A DNA stretch of 64,000 nt from an uncultured Actinomycetes bacterium (lineage in GTDB: Bacteria > Actinomycetota > Thermoleophilia > RBG-16-64-13): the NCBI GenBank assembly GCA_963713545.1, contig CAVQME010000001.1, forward strand, positions 130,809-194,808, in the 5' to 3' direction. Positions 29,840 to 38,363 of this stretch are shown here, piece after piece (position 1 is the stretch's first letter; every line of letters starts with the position of its first letter). The notes under the pieces were generated by a model, which had not been told where the DNA came from, searched no databases, and saw nothing but the letters and a program-made list of their open reading frames with translations. The translations under genes and the position numbers were made by a program.

Positions 29840-30527
29840 GGGTCTTGGAGGTGTCCAGGGGGACGCCGGGGCCCATGGTGGTGGTCATGGTGATGCTGCG
29901 CAGGTACTTGCCTTTGGCGGCGGCGGGTTTGGCCCGGACGATCTCCCCGAGCACCTCGCTGTAATTGGCCACCAACTGCTCGGCTTCGAAGGACTTCTTG
30001 CCCACGATCAGGTGCACGACCCCGAACTTGTCGGTGCGGTACTCCACCTTGCCAGCCTTCATGTCCTGCACGGCCTTGCCCACTTCGAAAGTCACTGTGC
30101 CCGCCTTGGGGTTCGGCATGAGACCACGGGGACCGAGCACCCGACCCAGCTTACCCACCACTCCCATCATGTCAGGCGTGGCGATGGCCGCGTCGAAATC
30201 GAGCATGCCACCTTCCACCTGGGCGGCCAGGTCTTCGGCGCCCACCAGGTCGGCGCCGGCAGCCTCAGCCTCGGTGGCCTTCTCCCCCTTGGCGAAGACA
30301 GCCACTCGTACGGTCTTGCCGGTACCATGAGGCAGCATGACTGTGCCCCGCACCTGCTGGTCGGCGTGACGAGGATTGACTCCCAGCTTGATGTGGGCTT
30401 CCACGGTCTCGTCGAAGTTGGCCGTAGTCATGCCCTTCAGCAACTTGGCTGCCTCCAAAGGCGTATAGAAGCGACCCGGCTCGATCGCTTTCTTGGCTTC
30501 CTGGAAGCGCTTGGAATCCTTGCTCAA
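29814..30527 (-). CDS. rplA: 50S ribosomal protein L1
   Basis: 237 aa. It contains [24 protein letters not shown]. Confidence 0.95.
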   Translation of the reverse strand: MSKDSKRFQEAKKAIEPGRFYTPLEAAKLLKGMTTANFDETVEAHIKLGVNPRHADQQVRGTVMLPHGTGKTVRVAVFAKGEKATEAEAAGADLVGAEDLAAQVEGGMLDFDAAIATPDMMGVVGKLGRVLGPRGLMPNPKAGTVTFEVGKAVQDMKAGKVEYRTDKFGVVHLIVGKKSFEAEQLVANYSEVLGEIVRAKPAAAKGKYLRSITMTTTMGPGVPLDTSKTRALLEEEA

Positions 30528-30604
30528 CGTACTACCTCCTGGTGGTCAGACGGGCCACGAAGCCCTCCCACCCTCAGGCCCGCCGGTGGCGGGCTCTTGC
30601 CAAC

Positions 30605-31030
30605 TTACTCCACTACTGTGACGCCCATGCTGCGCGCCGTGCCGGCCAGGATGTTCATGGCGGCTTCGATGTCGAGCGCATTGAGGTCGGGCATCTTCAC
30701 CTCGGCGATCTGCCGGAGCTGGTCCCTGGTGATCTTGCCCACCTTCTCCTTACGGGGGTTGCTGGCCCCCTTGGCTATGCCGGCAGCCTGGCGGATGAGG
30801 ACCGCGGCCGGTGCGGTCTTAAGGACGAAGGTGAAAGAACGGTCTTCATAGACCGTCAACTCCACGGGAACCACCTGGTCGATGCGGTCCTGAGTGGCCG
30901 CGTTGTAGGCCTTGCAGAACTCCATGATGTTGACGCCGTGCTGGCCCAAAGCGGGACCCACCGGGGGCGCCGGGCTGGCCTTGCCGCCCACGATCTGTAA
31001 CTTGACTATCGCCCGTACCTTCTTGGCCAC
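30605..31030 (-). CDS. rplK: 50S ribosomal protein L11
   Basis: 141 aa. It contains [24 protein letters not shown]. Confidence 0.95.
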   Translation of the reverse strand: MAKKVRAIVKLQIVGGKASPAPPVGPALGQHGVNIMEFCKAYNAATQDRIDQVVPVELTVYEDRSFTFVLKTAPAAVLIRQAAGIAKGASNPRKEKVGKITRDQLRQIAEVKMPDLNALDIEAAMNILAGTARSMGVTVVE

Positions 31031-31074
31031 CTTGACTCTCCGTCTCTATCTTTGGGATCCGCGGCCCGACCGAC

Positions 31075-31599
31075 CTAGATCTTCTTGACCTGCTCGAAAC
31101 CAAGCTCGGTCGGTGTGTCCCTTCCGAAGATGGACACCATGACCTTCAACTTGCTCTGCTCGATATTGACCTCGGACACTTCCCCCGTGAAGTCGGTGAG
31201 AGGCCCGCTCACCACCCGCACCTGGTCACCTACCACGAACTCCGCCTTCGCTTTGGGTTTCTCTACCGTGGAGGTGTGCAGGATGCGGTCGACCTCCGAG
31301 GGCATGAGCGGGGTCGGCTTGTTCTCCGATCCCACGAAACCGGTGACCCCGGGAGTGTTCTTGACAAGTGACCAGGAGTCATCGGTGATGATCATCTTGA
31401 CCAGCAGGTAGCCCGGGAAGATGCGCTTCTCCACCTGCACCTTCTCGCCGCCTTTCGTCTCCACCACCTGCTCGGTCGGCACGACGATCTCTTCGAAGTA
31501 CTGCGCCTGGTTCATCGACTGGATGCGGTGCTCCAAGTTCGCGCGGGCCTTATTCTCGTGGCCCGAGTACGTGTTGATGACGTACCACTTTGCATCCAT
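31075..31599 (-). CDS. nusG: transcription termination/antitermination factor NusG
   Basis: 174 aa. It has NGN and KOW domains (WYVINTYSGHENKA...GDQVRVVSGPLTDFTGEV). Confidence 0.93.
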   Translation of the reverse strand: MDAKWYVINTYSGHENKARANLEHRIQSMNQAQYFEEIVVPTEQVVETKGGEKVQVEKRIFPGYLLVKMIITDDSWSLVKNTPGVTGFVGSENKPTPLMPSEVDRILHTSTVEKPKAKAEFVVGDQVRVVSGPLTDFTGEVSEVNIEQSKLKVMVSIFGRDTPTELGFEQVKKI

Positions 31600-31641
31600 G
31601 GCTGTGATGGCTCCCGGCGGTGTTGGACTGGAGTCCGTGGA

Positions 31642-31962
31642 TCAGCCCAGCCCGACGACTTGCACGAGCGCGTTCCAGATGAAGTCGAACACCCCGATAT
31701 ACACGGCGGCTATGATGACGGCGATGATGACCACCCCGGTGGACTGCAGCAGTTCCCTGCGCGGCGGCCAGGTGACCTTGCTCATCTCGATCTTGACTTC
31801 GCGCAGGAATGTGCGGATACGGCCGTGAGGCTTGGTGCTCACGGTCCCCCGTGGAGCCGACGACGGACGCACGGCCGCGAGCCGCGAAGACGCGCTCTTC
31901 TTGGCCCCGGCCTGCTTGGACGGAGCCTCGCTCGCTGATTTGTCGCTCACTATCTTTGCCAT
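31642..31962 (-). CDS. secE: preprotein translocase subunit SecE
   Basis: 106 aa with a single C-terminal TM segment (VKIEMSKVTWPPRRELLQSTGVVIIAVII). Confidence 0.9.
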   Translation of the reverse strand: MAKIVSDKSASEAPSKQAGAKKSASSRLAAVRPSSAPRGTVSTKPHGRIRTFLREVKIEMSKVTWPPRRELLQSTGVVIIAVIIAAVYIGVFDFIWNALVQVVGLG

Positions 31963-31990
31963 CGTCTCTACTCTTACTTGAGGGGAGGAG

Positions 31991-32066
31991 TGGCAGGGCA
32001 GGAGGGATTCGAACCCCCAACATCCGGTTTTGGAGACCGGCGCTCTACCGTTGGAGCTACTGCCCT
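31991..32066 (-). tRNA. tRNA-Trp (CCA anticodon); 3' CCA is encoded
   Basis: Cloverleaf read from the minus strand: acceptor AGGGCAG/CTGCCCT, anticodon loop cuCCAaa, T-loop GGTTCGAATCC. Position between rpmG and secE is canonical. Confidence 0.85.
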
Positions 32067-32092
32067 ACGCCTAGCCTTGTCCCGATGCCGGA

Positions 32093-32242
32093 CTATTTGG
32101 TCTCCTTGTGGGCCGTCACCGTATCGCACCACTTGCAGTACTTGCGCAGTTCGATCCGTTCGGGGTCGTTGCGCTTGTTCTTCATGGTCGTGTAATTACG
32201 GCGCTTGCATTCTTGGCAGGCCATCGTTACCCGTACCCGCAT
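32093..32242 (-). CDS. rpmG: 50S ribosomal protein L33 (zinc-binding type)
   Basis: Not in the ORF track. Manual translation gives [49 protein letters not shown]. Confidence 0.85.
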   Translation of the reverse strand: MRVRVTMACQECKRRNYTTMKNKRNDPERIELRKYCKWCDTVTAHKETK

Positions 32243-32294
32243 TACTTCACCACTCCCTAGTCATTAAACGCCCGTGCATGCTACCACAAACACA

Positions 32295-32371
32295 GGTAGC
32301 GGCGAGAGGACTCGAACCTCTGACACGCGGATTATGATTCCGCTGCTCTGACCGACTGAGCTACGCCGCCC
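32295..32371 (-). tRNA. tRNA-Met (CAT anticodon; elongator-like, G1-U72)
   Basis: Acceptor GGCGGCG/CGCCGCT, anticodon stem-loop GCGGAauCATaaTCCGC, T-arm AGAGGttcgagtCCTCT. Confidence 0.8.
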
Positions 32372-32376
32372 CGTCA

Positions 32377-32452
32377 TGGAGCCCCCACTCGGATTTGAAC
32401 CGAGGACCCCTTCCTTACCATGGAAGTGCTCTGCCAACTGAGCTATGGAGGC
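32377..32452 (-). tRNA. tRNA-Thr (GGT anticodon); 3' CCA is encoded
   Basis: Acceptor GCCTCCA/TGGGGGC, anticodon loop cttccatGGTaaggaag, T-loop GGTTCAAATCC. Confidence 0.8.
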
Positions 32453-32510
32453 CCGTCGCGCCGGCTCCCCGCCGGCCGCTACTCCGGCCACAGCCACCGG
32501 CGGATCGTGA

Positions 32511-32597
<87 letters not shown>

Positions 32598-32626
32598 GCG
32601 TGAACCCCACGCGGAGGCGAACTCGC

Positions 32627-32655
32627 ATGATACCCAAACGATAGGGTCATTTCAA
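32627..32655 (-). promoter_or_regulatory. candidate promoter of the tRNA-Tyr/Thr/Met-rpmG-tRNA-Trp-secE-nusG transcription unit
   Basis: Read on the minus strand: TTGAAA-N17-TATCAT, ~30 nt upstream of the tRNA-Tyr 5' end. Confidence 0.4.
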
Positions 32656-32661
32656 GAAAGG

Positions 32662-32691
32662 CCGGGGCTCCGGCAACGCCCGGAGCCCCGG
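32662..32691 (-). terminator. stem-loop downstream of aqpZ (possible terminator, usable in either direction)
   Basis: CCGGGGCTCCGG-caacgc-CCGGAGCCCCGG is a perfect 12-bp stem. T-rich sequence follows on both strands. Confidence 0.5.
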
Positions 32692-32716
32692 TTTCGGCAA
32701 GATCCTTCTTCGGGGG

Positions 32717-33433
32717 TCAGGCGGTCTCTGGTTCGACCTTCGGCTTTCCGATCAGATAGCGGTACAGCAATCCTCCGACTGCGCCGCCGATGATGGGGGC
32801 TACGATGAACAACCAGAGCTGGGAGAGAGCCCAACTGCCCTGGAAGATGGCCGGCCCGATGCTCCGAGCCGGGTTGACCGAGGTGCCGGTCACAGGGATG
32901 CAGATCAAGTGGATGAGGGCCAGGGTGAGGCCGATGGCAAGCGGGGCGAAACCCTTGGGGGCACGTGAGTCCGTCGTCCCCATGATGACGAAGATGAAGA
33001 TCAGAGTGAGTACGAACTCGGCGACGAAACCAGCCGCCAGACTGTACCCTCCCGGGGAGTGCTCCCCATAGCCGTTCGAGGCGAAACGGTCGGCAGCGGA
33101 GAAACCATCCACTCCGCTCGCGATGACGAAGAGCACCGCGGCGGCCACGATGGCCCCGATCACCTGAGCCACCATATACGGGCCGACATCCTTGCCGGGG
33201 AAGCGCTTGCCCAGCCACAGCCCGAAGGTCACGGCCGGGTTGAAATGGCCTCCGGACACGTGACCCACAGCATAGGCCATGGTGACCACGGAGAGGCCGA
33301 ACGCAAGTGCTATCCCCAGAAAGCCGATACCAAGCTCTGGGAAGGCGCCTGCCAGGACGGCGCTCCCGCAGCCTCCCAGTACGATCCAGAACGTGCCGAA
33401 GAACTCGGCTATCAAGCGTTTGGCCATGCCCAC
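32717..33433 (-). CDS. aqpZ: aquaporin Z / MIP-family water channel
   Basis: 238 aa. It has two NPA boxes (HFNPAVTFG; NPARSIGPA) and 6 TM segments. The overlapping 291-aa ORF in another frame is rejected. Confidence 0.9.
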   Translation of the reverse strand: MGMAKRLIAEFFGTFWIVLGGCGSAVLAGAFPELGIGFLGIALAFGLSVVTMAYAVGHVSGGHFNPAVTFGLWLGKRFPGKDVGPYMVAQVIGAIVAAAVLFVIASGVDGFSAADRFASNGYGEHSPGGYSLAAGFVAEFVLTLIFIFVIMGTTDSRAPKGFAPLAIGLTLALIHLICIPVTGTSVNPARSIGPAIFQGSWALSQLWLFIVAPIIGGAVGGLLYRYLIGKPKVEPETA

Positions 33434-33697
33434 CTCCTACTCCCGAGTTTCCCTTCGCCGGTCGCCGCCCACCCGCGGTGCCCCGCCGGGACTCGGCTCT
33501 CCCTCGGCGGAGGTTGCGAACGCACAAACCCGGCGGCCGTAACCTACTTATGCGCGCAAACCTGCCAGAATCCTTTGTGACCGCCGCCCAGACCGGGTCG
33601 ACGGCGGGCGTGAGCGTGTCTATGATGGTGCGGATCGGATGCCTGCATCGGAAACGCGGATAGGAATCGCAAAGAGAGCAAAGGCCGGGAGATCCCC

Positions 33698-34120
33698 ATG
33701 CCCAGAGAACTTCGCGTGCGCGCCGTCCACCAGGGTGGCATGCACTTCCTCGCCGATACCGGCGAGCACTCGGTGCGCCTCGATTACCCCCTGCAACCAG
33801 GCGCGACTGCGGGCCCCACCCCTTTGGAGATGCTCCTTGCCAGCCTGGCCGCGTGCGCAGGCGGGACCCTGGCGATGCTGCTCCGCCGGGCGGAAGCGGC
33901 TCCCACCGGTCTCGAGGTCGAAGCCCGGGGGATACGCAGGGACGAACACCCCACCGTTCTCACCGACATCGATCTCGAGTTCGTGGTCCGCGGCCCCGGC
34001 CAGGACCCGGAAGTGGTCGCGCGGAGCCTGCGCATGGCAGAGGAACAGCTCTGCCCCGTCTGGGCCATGCTGAAGCCGGGGACGACCATCAGGTCGTCGT
34101 TCCGGATCGTGGAAGACTAG
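33698..34120 (+). CDS. OsmC/Ohr-family peroxiredoxin-like protein
   Basis: 140 aa with the two conserved Cys (LLASLAACAG...CPVWAML). It overlaps the 3' end of the LarA-like gene by 4 bp, and the two genes are convergent. Confidence 0.75.
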   Translation: MPRELRVRAVHQGGMHFLADTGEHSVRLDYPLQPGATAGPTPLEMLLASLAACAGGTLAMLLRRAEAAPTGLEVEARGIRRDEHPTVLTDIDLEFVVRGPGQDPEVVARSLRMAEEQLCPVWAMLKPGTTIRSSFRIVED

Positions 34121-35397
34121 CTGCGCACCCGGGGTACGGTGATGCTGGCCTCTTTCAGAAAGAGGACCTGTGCGTCATCGCCCTGCCTGGCCAAAGCTGC
34201 GTCAACGGCTGCCTGCACACCGGCGAAGGGGGTCATGAACATGGCCCGCACGTCCTCGTCCGGGAGCGAGGTCACCGCCCAGATCTCCGCCCGTTCGAGG
34301 ACCGCTGCGATGCGCGTGGCCTGGTGTGCACCCAGCCGGTACCCCTCTTGACCGGCGCGCTCGAGAGCCTCCGCGGGCGACCCGGCCCCCGCCAGTATCT
34401 CGAACAAGATCTGGTTCTCCCCCAGACCGAAGGGGCACTCGGACACCAGAATGAGGACGCCCCCGTCTTTGACGGCCAGTGCCCCGCTCTGGAGAACTTT
34501 GTAGGTCTGATAGAAATTGCAGTCCATCGGGTGGGTCGCGACGGCTACCACGATCTCGATACGCCGCTCTATGTCGAGGACGAACTGCTTGTCGGCCACC
34601 GCGACAGCCTGGCGGAAGGTGTCGTCCAAAGAGCCGGCGGCGGCGAAGCCCATGCGGTGCTCCTTGTCGAGCACCAGTTGGATGGAGAAGACCTGTTTGC
34701 CCGCAGTGCCCACAGCCGTCGCTTCCTCGAGATCCTCGTGCACGGGGTTTCCTCCCAAAACGAGGGTCTCAGAGCCGGCCTGCATCGTGAGCTTGTGGTT
34801 GGCCCAGACGGTCTCGTGCCCGGCTAGTCCGGGGAACAACGACTTGCGCCCGCCCGTGTAACCGGCGAAGTAGTGCGGCTCTACGGAGTTGATGAGGAGT
34901 ACGCTCCGGGCCTCCGCCAGGAGTCGGTTGACCCAGATCTCGGTGCCACGCGCGGTCCGGCCGAGGTGCACGAGCCTATCGGTGTCCTTGGCGTCGTGGC
35001 AGAATATGCGGTCTAAATGGGAGCGGGCAAGGTCCGGGCCGAAGATGTGCTCGATCTCAGCGGGAAGCGCCACCCTGTGGGTCCCCGTGGCGATAACGTA
35101 CGCCAGTCGGTTGCCCGGTGCCGCCAGCCAGACTTCCAGATCGGCTTGCAGCACGCGCAGGACTTCGGCCGACGGCGTGGGCCGGGTAGCGTCGTTCACC
35201 ACCACGAGGAGCGGCGACGGTGCCCTAGCCAGGAACTGCTTGAAGTCTCCCTCAGGCCGCCCGATCGCCGCTCTCAGTATCCCGTCCGGATCCTCCGCCG
35301 TCCCAACGTTCGCGCCCAGAACGCCGGCCACTCGGCCGGACTCAAGCTCCACGCGAGCCGTTCCGGTCCCCCAGGGCACGTCGACCCGCATACTCAC
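34117..35397 (-). CDS. LarA-family nickel-pincer cofactor-dependent 2-hydroxyacid racemase/epimerase homologue (DUF2088 N-domain)
   Basis: 426 aa. It has LLVVVNDATRPTP and IATGTHR motifs typical of lactate racemase LarA. No larB/C/E genes are nearby. Confidence 0.65.
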   Translation of the reverse strand: MSMRVDVPWGTGTARVELESGRVAGVLGANVGTAEDPDGILRAAIGRPEGDFKQFLARAPSPLLVVVNDATRPTPSAEVLRVLQADLEVWLAAPGNRLAYVIATGTHRVALPAEIEHIFGPDLARSHLDRIFCHDAKDTDRLVHLGRTARGTEIWVNRLLAEARSVLLINSVEPHYFAGYTGGRKSLFPGLAGHETVWANHKLTMQAGSETLVLGGNPVHEDLEEATAVGTAGKQVFSIQLVLDKEHRMGFAAAGSLDDTFRQAVAVADKQFVLDIERRIEIVVAVATHPMDCNFYQTYKVLQSGALAVKDGGVLILVSECPFGLGENQILFEILAGAGSPAEALERAGQEGYRLGAHQATRIAAVLERAEIWAVTSLPDEDVRAMFMTPFAGVQAAVDAALARQGDDAQVLFLKEASITVPRVRS

Positions 35398-35528
35398 CTT
35401 CCTCCTCCGCCGGTGGCTCGGTCAGGGCCCAGCCTAGCGCAGACGTCTCTCCTGCGGCAAGCACCGAGGCTGCGGTTTTTCGGTAGAATCCGGCCACGGA
35501 CACTTCGATCGGAGGGACGGTCGCCGCG

Positions 35529-36245
35529 ATGGAACACTACAGCTACAGCATCTCTCCCGAGATATTCGCCCGTTTTCCTGGATACGTCAGGGGAGTCGTG
35601 ATCGCTCACGACGTTGACAACAGCCCCTCTCCGCCGGAATTGGTGCAGATGCTGCGGGAAGCCGAGGAGTCGGTGCGCACCCGCGTGAACCTCGAGCAGA
35701 TAGCTGAGGAGCCGCGCATCAAATGCTGGCGCGAGGCGTACCGGGCTTTTGGGGCGAAGCCCGCTGAATTCCGCTCGTCCGTGGAAGCCATGGCCCGGCG
35801 GGCGCTCCGTGGGGACGAGTTGCCGGCGATCAATGCGTTGGTCGACATAGGCAACGTGATGTCCCTACGCCACCTCATCCCGGCCGGCGGGCACGCGATC
35901 GACCTCCTGAACGGCGACATCGAACTTCGCTTCGCCACCGGCGACGAGGACTTCGTGCCCTTCGGCTCGCAAGAGGTGGAGCATCCTCTTCCGGGGGAGG
36001 TGGTCTTCGTCGAAGGGAACACCGTCCTTACTCGCCGCTGGACGTGGCGGCAGGGCAATCACACGCTGACCCTTCCAGAGACCAGGGCCATCGAGTTCAA
36101 CGTGGACGGACTGCCCCCCGTCACTCGGGCCGAGATCGAGACGGCGTGCGTCGAGGTGGCCGAATTGATCCAGCGTCTCTGCGGGGGGACCAGCCGCGTC
36201 GACTACCTGACGGCCGAGACTCCCCGGATCTCTCTGGCACCATAG
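35529..36245 (+). CDS. B3/4-domain (PheT B3/B4-like) cytosolic protein, function unknown
   Basis: 238 aa. It contains ...NALVDIGNVMSLRHLIPAGGHAIDLL..., reminiscent of the tRNA-binding B3/4 fold. Confidence 0.5.
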   Translation: MEHYSYSISPEIFARFPGYVRGVVIAHDVDNSPSPPELVQMLREAEESVRTRVNLEQIAEEPRIKCWREAYRAFGAKPAEFRSSVEAMARRALRGDELPAINALVDIGNVMSLRHLIPAGGHAIDLLNGDIELRFATGDEDFVPFGSQEVEHPLPGEVVFVEGNTVLTRRWTWRQGNHTLTLPETRAIEFNVDGLPPVTRAEIETACVEVAELIQRLCGGTSRVDYLTAETPRISLAP

Positions 36246-36293
36246 GGGTGCCGCGTCGGCCTGTCGCGCGGCCGCCGAGCCTGCAACTTGTTC

Positions 36294-37493
36294 TTACTCC
36301 ACCGCTTCGACGACGGTCGCTATGCCCTGGCCTCCGGCGATGCACAGCGTGGCCAGTCCGTAGCGGGTCCCTCGCTTCTTCATCTCGTGGAGAAGGGTCG
36401 TGAAGATCCTGGCCCCGGAGCATCCCAGCGGGTGTCCCAGGGCGATCGCTCCACCATTTACGTTGAGGTCGGCCATACGGTCGCCTATGCCCAGCTCCTT
36501 GATGACCGATAAGGCCTGGCCGGCGAACGCCTCGTTGAGCTCGATGAGGCCCATGTCGTCAAAGGTCAGGCCGGCGCGCTCGAGGGCCTTGCGGCTGGCC
36601 GGGGCTGGTCCGATGCCCATGATCTCCGGCGGCACTCCTGCCACCGCCATGCCTCTGATAACCACCATCGGTTTGAGGCCTCTTCGTGCCGCCTCTTCCG
36701 CCGACATGACCACTGTGCAGGCCGCACCGTCGTTACGTCCCGAGGCGTTCCCCGCGGTGACGGTGCCTCCATCCTTGAACACTGCGGGTAGCGCGGCCAA
36801 CCCTTCCAGGGTGCTCTTGCGCGGGTGCTCGTCGGTGTCGAACACCAGCGGAGCGCCTTTGCGCTGCGGGATCTCCACCGGCACGATCTCGTCCTTGAAC
36901 CTGCCGGACTCGATGGCCGCGAAGGCCCTGTTCTGGCTCTGGAGGGAGAAGGCGTCCTGCTCCTCCCGGCTGATACCGTATTTGACCGCCAGGTTCTCTG
37001 CTGTGAGGCCCATGGTCAGGTTGCCGTAGACCTCGTAGGGCTGGGAGCGCGGCTGGCTCTCGGTATTGGAATCCACGAGCACGGCATTGCCGGCCCCATA
37101 CCCATACCGGGCGCCTCTCAAGTAATAGGGGGCCTTGCTCATGTTCTCAACGCCGCCGGCTACCACGATGTCGGCCTGACCGATCATGATGCTTGCCGCC
37201 GCATTGTGGACGGCCTGGAGGCCGGAACCGCACTGGCGCATCACCGTGTAGGCCGGAACCTCTACCGGCAGACCCGCTTTCAGCGAAGCCACTCGGGCCA
37301 AGTTGGCGGCGTCGGCGCTCTGCTTGGTCTGCCCCAAGATGACCTCGTCGACGGCCTCAGGCTCCACCTGGGCCCGAGCCAGGGCTTCCTTGATCACCAG
37401 CTTTCCGAGGTCCTCCGGCTCGACGTCCTTGAGTCCTCCGCCCAGCCTACCCACCGCCGTTCTTACGGCGCTTACGATCACTACTTCGTTCAT
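36294..37493 (-). CDS. acetyl-CoA C-acetyltransferase (thiolase II)
   Basis: The true start is MNEVVIVSAVRTAVGRLGGGLKD, and the 80-codon 5' extension in the ORF track is rejected. Catalytic Cys (MRQCGSGLQAV), ...GHPLGCSGARI..., and CIAGGQG are present. It is co-directional with, and 26 nt downstream of, the Mo-enzyme beta subunit. Confidence 0.9.
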   Translation of the reverse strand: MNEVVIVSAVRTAVGRLGGGLKDVEPEDLGKLVIKEALARAQVEPEAVDEVILGQTKQSADAANLARVASLKAGLPVEVPAYTVMRQCGSGLQAVHNAAASIMIGQADIVVAGGVENMSKAPYYLRGARYGYGAGNAVLVDSNTESQPRSQPYEVYGNLTMGLTAENLAVKYGISREEQDAFSLQSQNRAFAAIESGRFKDEIVPVEIPQRKGAPLVFDTDEHPRKSTLEGLAALPAVFKDGGTVTAGNASGRNDGAACTVVMSAEEAARRGLKPMVVIRGMAVAGVPPEIMGIGPAPASRKALERAGLTFDDMGLIELNEAFAGQALSVIKELGIGDRMADLNVNGGAIALGHPLGCSGARIFTTLLHEMKKRGTRYGLATLCIAGGQGIATVVEAVE

Positions 37494-37519
37494 GAGACCT
37501 TTCCTGGGTCGTTTTTCGA

Positions 37520-38359
37520 TCAGCTCACTGGATCGAGGATGATCTCGCCCAGATCGACATCTTTCTGCGTGACTACATCGAACTCCCGCGGCACGTAGCC
37601 GGCCAGCTCCACCCGCACCTTGTAGGCCGTGTTCTGCTCCAGGCCTTCGAACTCGAAGTCGCCGTAACTGTCGGAGCGCGTCTCCCTTTTCGCGCCGCCG
37701 GCCTCCAGCATCACGAGGACTCCCTCGGCGCACTCGCCCGGCTCGTCCCGCCGGACGACCTCGCCGGCGATGAAGCGTTTCGGGATGCCCACGTACTTGA
37801 CCAGCGGAGCCGTGTCGTACTCGGGGTGGTAGATCTCGGCCTCCAGCGCGGCCGACAGCTTGGCTATCTCGCTGGTGGGGTCGTCCAAGTCGCCGAACAC
37901 CAGGGCGCCCGTGGGACAGGACTCCACGCAGCGCGGCACCTTCTCGCCTTCATCCAGCCGATGGGCGCACAGGGTGCATTTCTGGGGTATCTCGAGATCC
38001 TTGTTCCAGAAGACCACCCGGTACGGACAGGCGTTCACGATCGCCTTCTGGTCCTTCGACCTGACAGGATCGATCAGCACGATGCCGTCTGGGCGACGAT
38101 ACACGGCCTCATCGGCGGCAACGTCCATGCACGGCGCCGTTTCACAGTGCAGGCAGGGGAGCGGGACATAGTCGAGCTTGGGCTTGGGGTAGCTGCCTCG
38201 CTCGATCTCTCTGATCTGCATCCAGAACTGACCGTCGAGCGGCTGGGGGGCCGAATAAGGGCTGTAGTCGTTGTCGTAGTATTCATCCCGGCAGGCCAGG
38301 AAGCAGTTGTGGCAACCGCTGCACTTGGTCACGTCGATGAGCAGGCTCAGGCGCGCCAT
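37520..38359 (-). CDS. 4Fe-4S ferredoxin-type beta subunit of a pyrogallol-hydroxytransferase-like Mo enzyme, with a C-terminal beta-sandwich extension
   Basis: 279 aa. Cys clusters: CSGCHNCFLAC, CLHCETAPC, CPYRVV, CTLCAHRLDEGEKVPRCVESCP. The C-terminal ~90 aa (SDSYGDFEFEGLEQNTAYKVRVELAGY) resemble a carboxypeptidase-regulatory/transthyretin-like domain. It is paralogous to 44659..45477. Confidence 0.85.
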   Translation of the reverse strand: MARLSLLIDVTKCSGCHNCFLACRDEYYDNDYSPYSAPQPLDGQFWMQIREIERGSYPKPKLDYVPLPCLHCETAPCMDVAADEAVYRRPDGIVLIDPVRSKDQKAIVNACPYRVVFWNKDLEIPQKCTLCAHRLDEGEKVPRCVESCPTGALVFGDLDDPTSEIAKLSAALEAEIYHPEYDTAPLVKYVGIPKRFIAGEVVRRDEPGECAEGVLVMLEAGGAKRETRSDSYGDFEFEGLEQNTAYKVRVELAGYVPREFDVVTQKDVDLGEIILDPVS

Positions 38360-38363
38360 GATC

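Noticed and set aside
32264-32497. 77-aa ORF spanning the tRNA-Met/tRNA-Thr region
   Set aside because: It overlaps two well-formed tRNA genes. There is no RBS and no conservation signal.
32652-33527. 291-aa ORF overlapping aqpZ in another frame
   Set aside because: The aqpZ frame has NPA boxes and membrane-helix pattern. The alternative frame is an Arg/Gly-rich artefact.
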